A stretch of DNA of 64,000 bases from Eledone cirrhosa (lineage: Eukaryota): NCBI GenBank assembly GCA_964016885.1, contig OZ024758.1, positions 34,844,001 through 34,908,000 on the forward strand, read 5' to 3'. A program made the position numbers and the translations under genes. The notes beneath the pieces were generated by a model. It was not told the origin of the DNA. It did no database searches and was given only the letters and a program-made list of their open reading frames with translations. Each line of letters opens with the position of its first letter. Position 1 is the first letter of the stretch. This document shows positions 27,811 through 41,800 of this stretch, piece by piece.

Positions 27811-30800
27811 CATGGTATTAGCTGTCAGAAGTAACTCCACTGTTGGTGAGAATTCATTTAAGTTCATGGTATTAGCTGTCAGAAGGAACTCCACTGTTGG
27901 TGAGAATTCATTTAAGTTCATGGAACTAGCTGTCAGAAGTAACTCCACTGTTGGTGAGAATTCATTTAAGTTCATGGTATTAGTTTGTCAGAAGTAACTC
28001 CACTGTTGGTGAGAATTCATTTAAGTTCATGGTATTAGCTGTCAGAAGTAACTCCACTGTTGGTGAGAATTCATTTAAGTTCATGGTACTAGCTGTCAGA
28101 AGTAACTCCACTGTTGGTGAGAATTCATTTAAGTTCATGGTATTAGTTTGTCAGAAGTAACTCCACTGTTGGTGAGAATTCATTTAAGTCATGGTATTAG
28201 TTGTCAGAAGTAACTCCAATGTTGGTGAGAATTCATTTAAGTTCATGGTATTAGCTGTCAGAAGGAACTCCACTGTTGGTGAGAATTCATTTAAGTTCAT
28301 GGTATTAGCTGTCAGAAGGAACTCCAATGTTGGTGAGAATTCATTTAAGTCATGGTACTAGCTGTCAGAAGTAACTCCACTGTTGGTGAGAATTCATTTA
28401 AGTTCATGGTATTAGCTGTCAGAAGGAACTCCACTGTTGGTGAGAATTCATTTAAGTTCATGGTATTAGCTGTCAGAAGGAACTCCACTGTTGGTGAGAA
28501 TTCATTTAAGTTCATGGTATTAGCTGTCAGAAGGAACTCCAATGTTGGTGAGAATTCATTTAAGTCATGGTACTAGCTGTCAGAAGTAACTCCACTGTTG
28601 GTGAGAATTCATTTAAGTTCATGGTATTAGCTGTCAGAAGGAACTCCACTGTTGGTGAGAATTCATTTAAGTTCATGGTATTAGCTGTCAGAAGGAACGC
28701 CACTGTTGGTGAGAATTCATTTAAGTTCATGGTATTAGCTGTCAGAAGTAACTCCACTGTTGGTGAGAATTCATTTAAGTTCATGGTACTAGCTGTCAGA
28801 AGTAACTCCAATGTTGGTGAGAATTCATTTAAGTTCATGGTATTAGCTGTCAGAAGGAACTCCACTGTTGGTGAGAATTCATTTAAGTTCATGGTATTAG
28901 CTGTCAGAAGTAACTCCACTGTTTGTGAGAATTCATTTAAGTCATGGTATTAGCTGTCAGAAGTAACTCCATTGTTGGTGAGAATTCATTTAAGTCATGG
29001 TATTAGCTGTCAGAAGTCACTCCAATGTTGGTGAGAATTCATTTAAGTTCATGGTATTAGCTGTCAGAAGTCACTCCACTGTTGGTGAGAATTCATTTAA
29101 GTTCATGGTACTAGCTGTCAGAAGTAACCCCAATGTTGGTGAGAATTCATTTAAGTTCATGGTATTAGCTGTCAGAAGTCACTCCAATGTTGGTGAGAAT
29201 TCATTTAAGTTCATGGTATTAGCTGTCAGAAGTAACTCCACTGTTGGTGAGAATTCATTTAAGTTCATGGTATTAGCTGTCAGAAGTAACTCCACTGTTG
29301 GTGAGAATTCATTTAAGTTCATGGTACTAGCTGTCAGAAGTAACTCCACTGTTGGTGAGAATTCATTTAAGTTCATGGTATTAGTTTGTCAGAAGTAACT
29401 CCACTGTTGGTGAGAATTCATTTAAGTCATGGTATTAGTTGTCAGAAGTAACTCCAATGTTGGTGAGAATTCATTTAAGTTCATGGTATTAGCTGTCAGA
29501 AGGAACTCCACTGTTGGTGAGAATTCATTTAAGTTCATGGTATTAGCTGTCAGAAGGAACTCCAATGTTGGTGAGAATTCATTTAAGTCATGGTACTAGC
29601 TGTCAGAAGTAACTCCACTGTTGGTGAGAATTCATTTAAGTTCATGGTATTAGCTGTCAGAAGGAACTCCACTGTTGGTGAGAATTCATTTAAGTTCATG
29701 GTATTAGCTGTCAGAAGGAACGCCACTGTTGGTGAGAATTCATTTAAGTTCATGGTATTAGCTGTCAGAAGTAACTCCACTGTTGGTGAGAATTCATTTA
29801 AGTTCATGGTACTAGCTGTCAGAAGTAACTCCAATGTTGGTGAGAATTCATTTAAGTTCATGGTATTAGCTGTCAGAAGGAACTCCACTGTTGGTGAGAA
29901 TTCATTTAAGTTCATGGTATTAGCTGTCAGAAGTAACTCCACTGTTTGTGAGAATTCATTTAAGTCATGGTATTAGCTGTCAGAAGTAACTCCATTGTTG
30001 GTGAGAGTTCATTTAAGTCATGGTACTAGCTGTCAGAAGTAACTCCAATGTTGGTGAGAATTCATTTAAGTCATGGTACTAGTTGTCAGAAGTAACTCCA
30101 ATGTTGGTGAGAATTCATTTAAGTTCATGGTATTAGCTGTCAGAAGGAACTCCACCGTTGGTGAGAATTCATTTAAGTTCATGGTATTAGCTGCCAGAAG
30201 TAACTCCACTGTTGGTGAGAATTCATTTAAGTTCATGGTATTAGCTGTCAGAAGTAACTCCACTGTTGGTGAGAATTCATTTAAGTTCATGGTACTAACT
30301 GTCAGAAGTAACTCCAATGTTGGTGAGAATTCATTTAAGTTCATGGTATTAGCTGTCAGAAGTAACTCCACTGTTGGTGAGAATTCATTTAAGTCATGGT
30401 ATTAGCTGTCAGAAGTAACTCCAATGTTGGTGAGAATTCATTTAAGTTCATGGTATTAGCTGTCAGAAGTAACTCCAATGTTGGTGAGAATTCATTTAAG
30501 TTCATGGTATTAGCTGTCAGAAGGAACTCCACTGTTGCTGAGAATTCATTTAAGTTCATGGTATTAGCTGTCAGAAGTAACTCCACTGTTGGTGAGAATT
30601 CATTTAAGTTCATGGTACTAGCTGTCAGAAGTAACTCCACTGTTGGTGAGAATTCATTTAAGTTCATGGTATTAGCTGTCAGAAGTCACTCCAATGTTGG
30701 TGAGAATTCATTTAAGTTCATGGTATTAGCTGTCAGAAGTCACTCCACTGTTGGTGAGAATTCATTTAAGTTCATGGTACTAGCTGTCAGAAGTAACCCC

Positions 30801-31519
30801 AATGTTGGTGAGAATTCATTTAAGTTCATGGTATTAGCTGTCAGAAGTCACTCCAATGTTGGTGAGAATTCATTTAAGTTCATGGTATTAGCTGTCAGAA
30901 GTAACTCCACTGTTGGTGAGAATTCATTTAAGTTCATGGTATTAGCTGTCAGAAGTAACTCCACAGTTGGTGAGAATTCATTTAAGTTCATGGTATTAGC
31001 TGTCAGAAGGAACTCCACTGTTGGTGAGAATTCATTTAAGTTCATGGTACTAGCTGTCAGAAGTAACTCCACTGTTGGTGAGAATTCATTTAAGTTCATG
31101 GTATTAGTTTGTCAGAAGTAACTCCACTGTTGGTGAGAATTCATTTAAGCCATGGTACTAGCTGTCAGAAGTAACTCCAATGTAGGTGAGAATTCATTTA
31201 AGTTCATGGTATTAGCTGTCAGAACGAACTCCACTGTTGGTGAAAATTCATTTAAGTTCATGGTATTAGCTGTCAGAAGTAACTCCACTGTTGGTGAGAA
31301 TTCATTTAAGTTCATGGTACTAGCTGTCAGAAGTAACTCCAATGTTGGTGAGAATTCATTTAAGTTCATGGTATTAGCTGTCAGAAGTAACTCCACTGTT
31401 GGTGAGAGTTCATTTAAGTAATGGTATTAGCTGTCAGAAGTAACTCCAATGTTGGTGAGAATTCATTTAAGTTCATGGTATTAGCTGTCAGAAGTAACTC
31501 CACTGTTAGTGAGAATTCA

Positions 31520-34500
31520 TTTAAGTTCATGGTATTAGCTGTCAGAAGTAACTCCACTGTTGGTGAGAATTCATTTAAGTTCATGGTACTGGCTGTCAGA
31601 AGTAACTCCACTGTTGGTGAGAATTCATTTAAGTTCATGGTATTAGTTTGTCAGAAGTAACTCCACTGTTGGTGAGAATTCATTTAAGTCATGGTATTAG
31701 TTGTCAGAAGTAACTCCAATGTTGGTGAGAATTCATTTAAGTTCATGGTATTAGCTGTCAGAAGGAACTCCGCTGTTGGTGAGAATTCATTTAAGTTCAT
31801 GGTATTAGCTGTCAGAAGGAACTCCAATGTTGGTGAGAATTCATTTAAGTGATGGTACTAGCTGTCAGAAGTAACTCCACTGTTGGTGAGAATTCATTTA
31901 AGTTCATGGTATTAGCTGTCAGAAGGAACTCCACTGTTGGTGAGAATTCATTTAAGTTCATGGTACTAGCTGTCAGAAGTAACTCCACTGTTGGTGAGAA
32001 TTCATTTAAGTTCATGGTATTAGTTTGTCAAAAGTAACTCCACTGTTGGTGAGAATTCATTTAAGTCATGGTATTAGTTGTCAGAAGTAACTCCAATGTT
32101 GGTGAGAATTCATTTAAGCCATGGTACTAGCTGTCAGAAGTAACTCCAATGTTGGTGAGAATTCATTTAATTTCATGGTATTAGCTGTCAGAACGAACTC
32201 CACTGTTGGTGAGAATTCATTTAAGTTCATGGTATTAGCTGTCAGAAGTAACTCTACTGTTGGTGAGAATTCATTTAAGTTCATGGTACTAGCTGTCAGA
32301 AGTAACTCCACTGTTGGTGAGAATTCATTTAAGTTCATGGTATTAGCTGTCAGAAGTCACTCCAATGTTGGTGAGAATTCATTTAAGTTCATGGTATTAG
32401 CTGTCAGAAGTCACTCCACTGTTGGTGAGAATTCATTTAAGTTCATGGTACTAGCTGTCAGAAGTAACCCCAATGTTGGTGAGAATTCATTTAAGTTCAT
32501 GGTATTAGCTGTCAGAAGTAACTCCACTGTTGGTGAGAATTCATTTAAGTTCATGGTATTAGCTGTCAGAAGGAACTCCACTGTTGGTGAGAATTCATTT
32601 AAGTTCATGGTACTAGCTGTCAGAAGTAACTCCACTGTTGGTGAGAATTCATTTAAGTTCATGGTATTAGCTGTCAGAAGTAACTCCACTGTTGGTGAGA
32701 ATTCATTTAAGTTCATGGTACTAGCTGTCAGAAGTAACTCCAATGTTGGTGAGAATTCATTTAAGTTCATGGTATTAGCTATCAGAAGGAACTCCACTGT
32801 TGCTGAGAATTCATTTAAGTTCATGGTATTAGCTGTCAGAAGTAACTCCACTGTTGGTGAGAATTCATTTAAGTTCATGGTACTAGCTGTCAGAAGTAAC
32901 TCCACTGTTGGTGAGAATTCATTTAAGTTCATGGTATTAGCTGTCAGAAGTCACTCCAATGTTGGTGAGAATTCATTTAAGTTCATGGTATTAGCTGTCA
33001 GAAGTCACTCCACTGTTGGTGAGAATTCATTTAAGTTCATGGTACAAGCTGTCAGAAGTAACCCCAATGTTGGTGAGAATTCATTTTAGTCATGGTATTA
33101 GCTGTCAGAAGTAACTCCACTGTTGGTGAGAATTCATTTAAGTTCATGGTATTAGCTGTCAGAAGTAACTCCACTGTTGGTGAGAATTCATTTAAGTTCA
33201 TGGTATTAGCTGTCAGAAGTAACTCCACTGTTGGTGAGAATTCATTTAAGTTCATGGTATTAGTTTGTCAGAAGTAACTCCACTGTTGGTGAGAATTCAT
33301 TTAAGTCATGGTATTAGTTGTCAGAAGTAACTCCAATGTTGGTGAGAATTCATTTAAGTTCATGGTACTAGCTGTCAGAAGTAACTCCACTGTTGGTGAG
33401 AATTCATTTAAGTTCATGGTAATAGCTGTCAGAAGTAACTCCACTGTTGGTGAGAATTCATTTAAGTCATGTTATTAGCTGTCAGAAGTAACTCCAATGT
33501 TGGTGAGAATTCATTTAAGTCATGGTACTAGCTGTCAGAAGTAACTCCAATGTTGGTGAGAATTCATTTAAGTTCATGGTATTAGCTGTCAGAAGTCACT
33601 CCACTGTTGGTGAGAATTCATTTAAGTTCATGGTATTAGCTGTCAGAAGTAACTCCACTGTTGGTGAGAATTCATTTAAGTCATGGTATTAGCTGTCAGA
33701 AGTAACTCCACTGTTGGTGAGAATTCATTTAAGTTCATGGTATTAGCTGTCAGAAGGAACGCCACTGTTGGTGAGAATTCATTTAAGTTCATGGTATTAG
33801 CTGTCAGAAGTAACTCCACTGTTGGTGAGAATTCATTTAAGTTAATGGTATTAGCTGTCAGAAGTAACTCTACTGTTGGTGAGAATTCATTTAAGTTCAT
33901 GGTACTAGCTGTCAGAAGTAACTCCACTGTTGGTGAGAATTCATTTAAGTTCATGGTATTAGCTGTCAGAAGTCACTCCAATGTTGGTGAGAATTCATTT
34001 AAGTTCATGGTATTAGCTGTCAGAAGTCACTCCACTGTTGGTGAGAATTCATTTAAGTTCATGGTACTAGCTGTCAGAAGTAACCCCAATGTTGGTGAGA
34101 ATTCATTTAAGTTCATGGTATTAGCTGTCAGAAGTAACTCCACTGTTGGTGAGAATTCATTTAAGTTCATGGTACTGGCTGTCAGAAGTAACTCCACTGT
34201 TGGTGAGAATTCATTTAAGTTCATGGTATTAGTTTGTCAGAAGTAACTCCACTGTTGGTGAGAATTCATTTAAGTCATGGTATTAGTTGTCAGAAGTAAC
34301 TCCAATGTTGGTGAGAATTCATTTAAGTTCATGGTATTAGCTGTCAGAAGGAACTCCGCTGTTGGTGAGAATTCATTTAAGTTCATGGTATTAGCTGTCA
34401 GAAGGAACTCCAATGTTGGTGAGAATTCATTTAAGTGATGGTACTAGCTGTCAGAAGTAACTCCACTGTTGGTGAGAATTCATTTAAGTTCATGGTATTA

Positions 34501-36760
34501 GCTGTCAGAAGGAACTCCACTGTTGGTGAGAATTCATTTAAGTTCATGGTACTAGCTGTCAGAAGTAACTCCACTGTTGGTGAGAATTCATTTAAGTTCA
34601 TGGTATTAGTTTGTCAAAAGTAACTCCACTGTTGGTGAGAATTCATTTAAGTCATGGTATTAGTTGTCAGAAGTAACTCCAATGTTGGTGAGAATTCATT
34701 TAAGCCATGGTACTAGCTGTCAGAAGTAACTCCAATGTTGGTGAGAATTCATTTAATTTCATGGTATTAGCTGTCAGAACGAACTCCACTGTTGGTGAGA
34801 ATTCATTTAAGTTCATGGTATTAGCTGTCAGAAGTAACTCTACTGTTGGTGAGAATTCATTTAAGTTCATGGTACTAGCTGTCAGAAGTAACTCCACTGT
34901 TGGTGAGAATTCATTTAAGTTCATGGTATTAGCTGTCAGAAGTCACTCCAATGTTGGTGAGAATTCATTTAAGTTCATGGTATTAGCTGTCAGAAGTCAC
35001 TCCACTGTTGGTGAGAATTCATTTAAGTTCATGGTACTAGCTGTCAGAAGTAACCCCAATGTTGGTGAGAATTCATTTAAGTTCATGGTATTAGCTGTCA
35101 GAAGTCACTCCAATGTTGGTGAGAATTCATTTAAGTTCATGGTATTAGCTGTCAGAAGTAACTCCACTGTTGGTGAGAATTCATTTAAGTTCATGGTATT
35201 AGCTGTCAGAAGGAACTCCACTGTTGGTGAGAATTCATTTAAGTTCATGGTACTAGCTGTCAGAAGTAACTCCACTGTTGGTGAGAATTCATTTAAGTTC
35301 ATGGTATTAGCTGTCAGAAGTAACTCCACTGTTGGTGAGAATTCATTTAAGTTCATGGTACTAGCTGTCAGAAGTAACTCCAATGTTGGTGAGAATTCAT
35401 TTAAGTTCATGGTATTAGCTATCAGAAGGAACTCCACTGTTGCTGAGAATTCATTTAAGTTCATGGTATTAGCTGTCAGAAGTAACTCCACTGTTGGTGA
35501 GAATTCATTTAAGTTCATGGTACTAGCTGTCAGAAGTAACTCCACTGTTGGTGAGAATTCATTTAAGTTCATGGTATTAGCTGTCAGAAGTCACTCCAAT
35601 GTTGGTGAGAATTCATTTAAGTTCATGGTATTAGCTGTCAGAAGTCACTCCACTGTTGGTGAGAATTCATTTAAGTTCATGGTACAAGCTGTCAGAAGTA
35701 ACCCCAATGTTGGTGAGAATTCATTTTAGTCATGGTATTAGCTGTCAGAAGTAACTCCACTGTTGGTGAGAATTCATTTAAGTTCATGGTATTAGCTGTC
35801 AGAAGTAACTCCACTGTTGGTGAGAATTCATTTAAGTTCATGGTATTAGCTGTCAGAAGTAACTCCACTGTTGGTGAGAATTCATTTAAGTTCATGGTAT
35901 TAGTTTGTCAGAAGTAACTCCACTGTTGGTGAGAATTCATTTAAGTCATGGTATTAGTTGTCAGAAGTAACTCCAATGTTGGTGAGAATTCATTTAAGTT
36001 CATGGTACTAGCTGTCAGAAGTAACTCCACTGTTGGTGAGAATTCATTTAAGTTCATGGTAATAGCTGTCAGAAGTAACTCCACTGTTGGTGAGAATTCA
36101 TTTAAGTCATGTTATTAGCTGTCAGAAGTAACTCCAATGTTGGTGAGAATTCATTTAAGTCATGGTACTAGCTGTCAGAAGTAACTCCAATGTTGGTGAG
36201 AATTCATTTAAGTTCATGGTATTAGCTGTCAGAAGTCACTCCACTGTTGGTGAGAATTCATTTAAGTTCATGGTATTAGCTGTCAGAAGTAACTCCACTG
36301 TTGGTGAGAATTCATTTAAGTCATGGTATTAGCTGTCAGAAGTAACTCCACTGTTGGTGAGAATTCATTTAAGTTCATGGTATTAGCTGTCAGAAGGAAC
36401 GCCACTGTTGGTGAGAATTCATTTAAGTTCATGGTATTAGCTGTCAGAAGTAACTCCACTGTTGGTGAGAATTCATTTAAGTTAATGGTATTAGCTGTCA
36501 GAAGTAACTCTACTGTTGGTGAGAATTCATTTAAGTTCATGGTACTAGCTGTCAGAAGTAACTCCACTGTTGGTGAGAATTCATTTAAGTTCATGGTATT
36601 AGCTGTCAGAAGTCACTCCAATGTTGGTGAGAATTCATTTAAGTTCATGGTATTAGCTGTCAGAAGTCACTCCACTGTTGGTGAGAATTCATTTAAGTTC
36701 ATGGTACTAGCTGTCAGAAGTAACCCCAATGTTGGTGAGAATTCATTTAAGTTCATGGTA
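31520..36760. repeat. Tandem block duplication, period 2586/2640 bp (48/49 monomers; second copy has one extra monomer)
   Basis: Offset 2586: 31849/34435 and 32121/34707. Offset 2640: 33092/35732 and 33683/36323. The 322-aa and 340-aa ORFs differ by one 18-aa unit. Confidence 0.88.
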
Positions 36761-38858
36761 TTAGCTGTCAGAAGTCACTCCAATGTTGGTGAGAATTCAT
36801 TTAAGTTCATGGTATTAGCTGTCAGAAGTAACTCCACTGTTGGTGAGAATTCATTTAAGTTCATGGTATTAGCTGTCAGAAGGAACTCCACTGTTGGTGA
36901 GAATTCATTTAAGTTCATGGTACTAGCTGTCAGAAGTAACTCCACTGTTGGTGAGAATTCATTTAAGTTCATGGTATTAGTTTGTCAGAAGTAACTCCAC
37001 TGTTGGTGAGAATTCATTTAAGTTCATGGTATTAGCTGTCAGAAGTAACTCCACTGTTGGTGAGAATTCATTTAAGTTCATGGTACTAGCTGTCAGAAGT
37101 AACTCCACTGTTGGTGAGAATTCATTTAAGTTCATGGTATTAGTTTGTCAGAAGTAACTCCACTGTTGGTGAGAATTCATTTAAGTCATGGTATTAGTTG
37201 TCAGAAGTAACTCCAATGTTGGTGAGAATTCATTTAAGTTCATGGTATTAGCTGTCAGAAGGAACTCCACTGTTGGTGAGAATTCATTTAAGTTCATGGT
37301 ATTAGCTGTCAGAAGGAACTCCAATGTTGGTGAGAATTCATTTAAGTCATGGTACTAGCTGTCAGAAGTAACTCCACTGTTGGTGAGAATTCATTTAAGT
37401 TCATGGTATTAGCTGTCAGAAGGAACTCCACTGTTGGTGAGAATTCATTTAAGTTCATGGTATTAGCTGTCAGAAGGAACGCCACTGTTGGTGAGAATTC
37501 ATTTAAGTTCATGGTATTAGCTGTCAGAAGTAACTCCACTGTTGGTGAGAATTCATTTAAGTTCATGGTACTAGCTGTCAGAAGTAACTCCAATGTTGGT
37601 GAGAATTCATTTAAGTTCATGGTATTAGCTGTCAGAAGGAACTCCACTGTTGGTGAGAATTCATTTAAGTTCATGGTATTAGCTGTCAGAAGTAACTCCA
37701 CTGTTTGTGAGAATTCATTTAAGTCATGGTATTAGCTGTCAGAAGTAACTCCATTGTTGGTGAGAATTCATTTAAGTCATGGTATTAGCTGTCAGAAGTC
37801 ACTCCAATGTTGGTGAGAATTCATTTAAGTTCATGGTATTAGCTGTCAGAAGTCACTCCACTGTTGGTGAGAATTCATTTAAGTTCATGGTACTAGCTGT
37901 CAGAAGTAACCCCAATGTTGGTGAGAATTCATTTAAGTTCATGGTATTAGCTGTCAGAAGTCACTCCAATGTTGGTGAGAATTCATTTAAGTTCATGGTA
38001 TTAGCTGTCAGAAGTAACTCCACTGTTGGTGAGAATTCATTTAAGTTCATGGTATTAGCTGTCAGAAGGAACTCCACTGTTGGTGAGAATTCATTTAAGT
38101 TCATGGTACTAGCTGTCAGAAGTAACTCCACTGTTGGTGAGAATTCATTTAAGTTCATGGTATTAGTTTGTCAGAAGTAACTCCACTGTTGGTGAGAATT
38201 CATTTAAGTTCATGGTATTAGCTGTCAGAAGTAACTCCACTGTTGGTGAGAATTCATTTAAGTTCATGGTACTAGCTGTCAGAAGTAACTCCACTGTTGG
38301 TGAGAATTCATTTAAGTTCATGGTATTAGTTTGTCAGAAGTAACTCCACTGTTGGTGAGAATTCATTTAAGTCATGGTATTAGTTGTCAGAAGTAACTCC
38401 AATGTTGGTGAGAATTCATTTAAGTTCATGGTATTAGCTGTCAGAAGGAACTCCACTGTTGGTGAGAATTCATTTAAGTTCATGGTATTAGCTGTCAGAA
38501 GGAACTCCAATGTTGGTGAGAATTCATTTAAGTCATGGTACTAGCTGTCAGAAGTAACTCCACTGTTGGTGAGAATTCATTTAAGTTCATGGTATTAGCT
38601 GTCAGAAGGAACTCCACTGTTGGTGAGAATTCATTTAAGTTCATGGTATTAGCTGTCAGAAGGAACGCCACTGTTGGTGAGAATTCATTTAAGTTCATGG
38701 TATTAGCTGTCAGAAGTAACTCCACTGTTGGTGAGAATTCATTTAAGTTCATGGTACTAGCTGTCAGAAGTAACTCCAATGTTGGTGAGAATTCATTTAA
38801 GTTCATGGTATTAGCTGTCAGAAGGAACTCCACTGTTGGTGAGAATTCATTTAAGTTC

Positions 38859-41800
38859 ATGGTATTAGCTGTCAGAAGTAACTCCACTGTTTGTGAGAAT
38901 TCATTTAAGTCATGGTATTAGCTGTCAGAAGTAACTCCATTGTTGGTGAGAATTCATTTAAGTCATGGTACTAGCTGTCAGAAGTAACTCCAATGTTGGT
39001 GAGAATTCATTTAAGTCATGGTACTAGTTGTCAGAAGTAACTCCAATGTTGGTGAGAATTCATTTAAGTTCATGGTATTAGCTGTCAGAAGGAACTCCAC
39101 CGTTGGTGAGAATTCATTTAAGTTCATGGTATTAGCTGCCAGAAGTAACTCCACTGTTGGTGAGAATTCATTTAAGTTCATGGTATTAGCTGTCAGAAGT
39201 AACTCCACTGTTGGTGAGAATTCATTTAAGTTCATGGTACTAACTGTCAGAAGTAACTCCAATGTTGGTGAGAATTCATTTAAGTTCATGGTATTAGCTG
39301 TCAGAAGTAACTCCACTGTTGGTGAGAATTCATTTAAGTCATGGTATCAGCTGTCAGAAGTAACTCCAATGTTGGTGAGAATTCATTTAAGTTCATGGTA
39401 TTAGCTGTCAGAAGTAACTCCAATGTTGGTGAGAATTCATTTAAGTTCATGGTATTAGCTGTCAGAAGGAACTCCACTGTTGCTGAGAATTCATTTAAGT
39501 TCATGGTATTAGCTGTCAGAAGTAACTCCACTGTTGGTGAGAATTCATTTAAGTTCATGGTACTAGCTGTCAGAAGTAACTCCACTGTTGGTGAGAATTC
39601 ATTTAAGTTCATGGTATTAGCTGTCAGAAGTCACTCCAATGTTGGTGAGAATTCATTTAAGTTCATGGTATTAGCTGTCAGAAGTCACTCCACTGTTGGT
39701 GAGAATTCATTTAAGTTCATGGTACTAGCTGTCAGAAGTAACCCCAATGTTGGTGAGAATTCATTTAAGTTCATGGTATTAGCTGTCAGAAGTCACTCCA
39801 ATGTTGGTGAGAATTCATTTAAGTTCATGGTATTAGCTGTCAGAAGTAACTCCACTGTTGGTGAGAATTCATTTAAGTTCATGGTATTAGCTGTCAGAAG
39901 TAACTCCACAGTTGGTGAGAATTCATTTAAGTTCATGGTATTAGCTGTCAGAAGGAACTCCACTGTTGGTGAGAATTCATTTAAGTTCATGGTACTAGCT
40001 GTCAGAAGTAACTCCACTGTTGGTGAGAATTCATTTAAGTTCATGGTATTAGTTTGTCAGAAGTAACTCCACTGTTGGTGAGAATTCATTTAAGCCATGG
40101 TACTAGCTGTCAGAAGTAACTCCAATGTAGGTGAGAATTCATTTAAGTTCATGGTATTAGCTGTCAGAACGAACTCCACTGTTGGTGAAAATTCATTTAA
40201 GTTCATGGTATTAGCTGTCAAAAGTAACTCCACTGTTGGTGAGAATTCATTTAAGTTCATGGTACTAGCTGTCAGAAGTAACTCCAATGTTGGTGAGAAT
40301 TCATTTAAGTTCATGGTATTAGCTGTCAGAAGTAACTCCACTGTTGGTGAGAGTTCATTTAAGTAATGGTATTAGCTGTCAGAAGTAACTCCAATGTTGG
40401 TGAGAATTCATTTAAGTTCATGGTATTAGCTGTCAGAAGTAACTCCACTGTTAGTGAGAATTCATTTAAGTTCATGGTATTAGCTGTCAGAAGTAACTCC
40501 ACTGTTGGTGAGAATTCATTTAAGTTCATGGTACTGGCTGTCAGAAGTAACTCCACTGTTGGTGAGAATTCATTTAAGTTCATGGTATTAGTTTGTCAGA
40601 AGTAACTCCACTGTTGGTGAGAATTCATTTAAGTCATGGTATTAGTTGTCAGAAGTAACTCCAATGTTGGTGAGAATTCATTTAAGTTCATGGTATTAGC
40701 TGTCAGAAGGAACTCCGCTGTTGGTGAGAATTCATTTAAGTTCATGGTATTAGCTGTCAGAAGGAACTCCAATGTTGGTGAGAATTCATTTAAGTGATGG
40801 TACTAGCTGTCAGAAGTAACTCCACTGTTGGTGAGAATTCATTTAAGTTCATGGTATTAGCTGTCAGAAGGAACTCCACTGTTGGTGAGAATTCATTTAA
40901 GTTCATGGTACTAGCTGTCAGAAGTAACTCCACTGTTGGTGAGAATTCATTTAAGTTCATGGTATTAGTTTGTCAAAAGTAACTCCACTGTTGGTGAGAA
41001 TTCATTTAAGTCATGGTATTAGTTGTCAGAAGTAACTCCAATGTTGGTGAGAATTCATTTAAGCCATGGTACTAGCTGTCAGAAGTAACTCCAATGTTGG
41101 TGAGAATTCATTTAATTTCATGGTATTAGCTGTCAGAACGAACTCCACTGTTGGTGAGAATTCATTTAAGTTCATGGTATTAGCTGTCAGAAGTAACTCT
41201 ACTGTTGGTGAGAATTCATTTAAGTTCATGGTACTAGCTGTCAGAAGTAACTCCACTGTTGGTGAGAATTCATTTAAGTTCATGGTATTAGCTGTCAGAA
41301 GTCACTCCAATGTTGGTGAGAATTCATTTAAGTTCATGGTATTAGCTGTCAGAAGTCACTCCACTGTTGGTGAGAATTCATTTAAGTTCATGGTACTAGC
41401 TGTCAGAAGTAACCCCAATGTTGGTGAGAATTCATTTAAGTTCATGGTATTAGCTGTCAGAAGTCACTCCAATGTTGGTGAGAATTCATTTAAGTTCATG
41501 GTATTAGCTGTCAGAAGTAACTCCACTGTTGGTGAGAATTCATTTAAGTTCATGGTATTAGCTGTCAGAAGGAACTCCACTGTTGGTGAGAATTCATTTA
41601 AGTTCATGGTACTAGCTGTCAGAAGTAACTCCACTGTTGGTGAGAATTCATTTAAGTTCATGGTATTAGTTTGTCAGAAGTAACTCCACTGTTGGTGAGA
41701 ATTCATTTAAGTTCATGGTATTAGCTGTCAGAAGTAACTCCACTGTTGGTGAGAATTCATTTAAGTTCATGGTATTAGTTTGTCAAAAGTAACTCCACTG

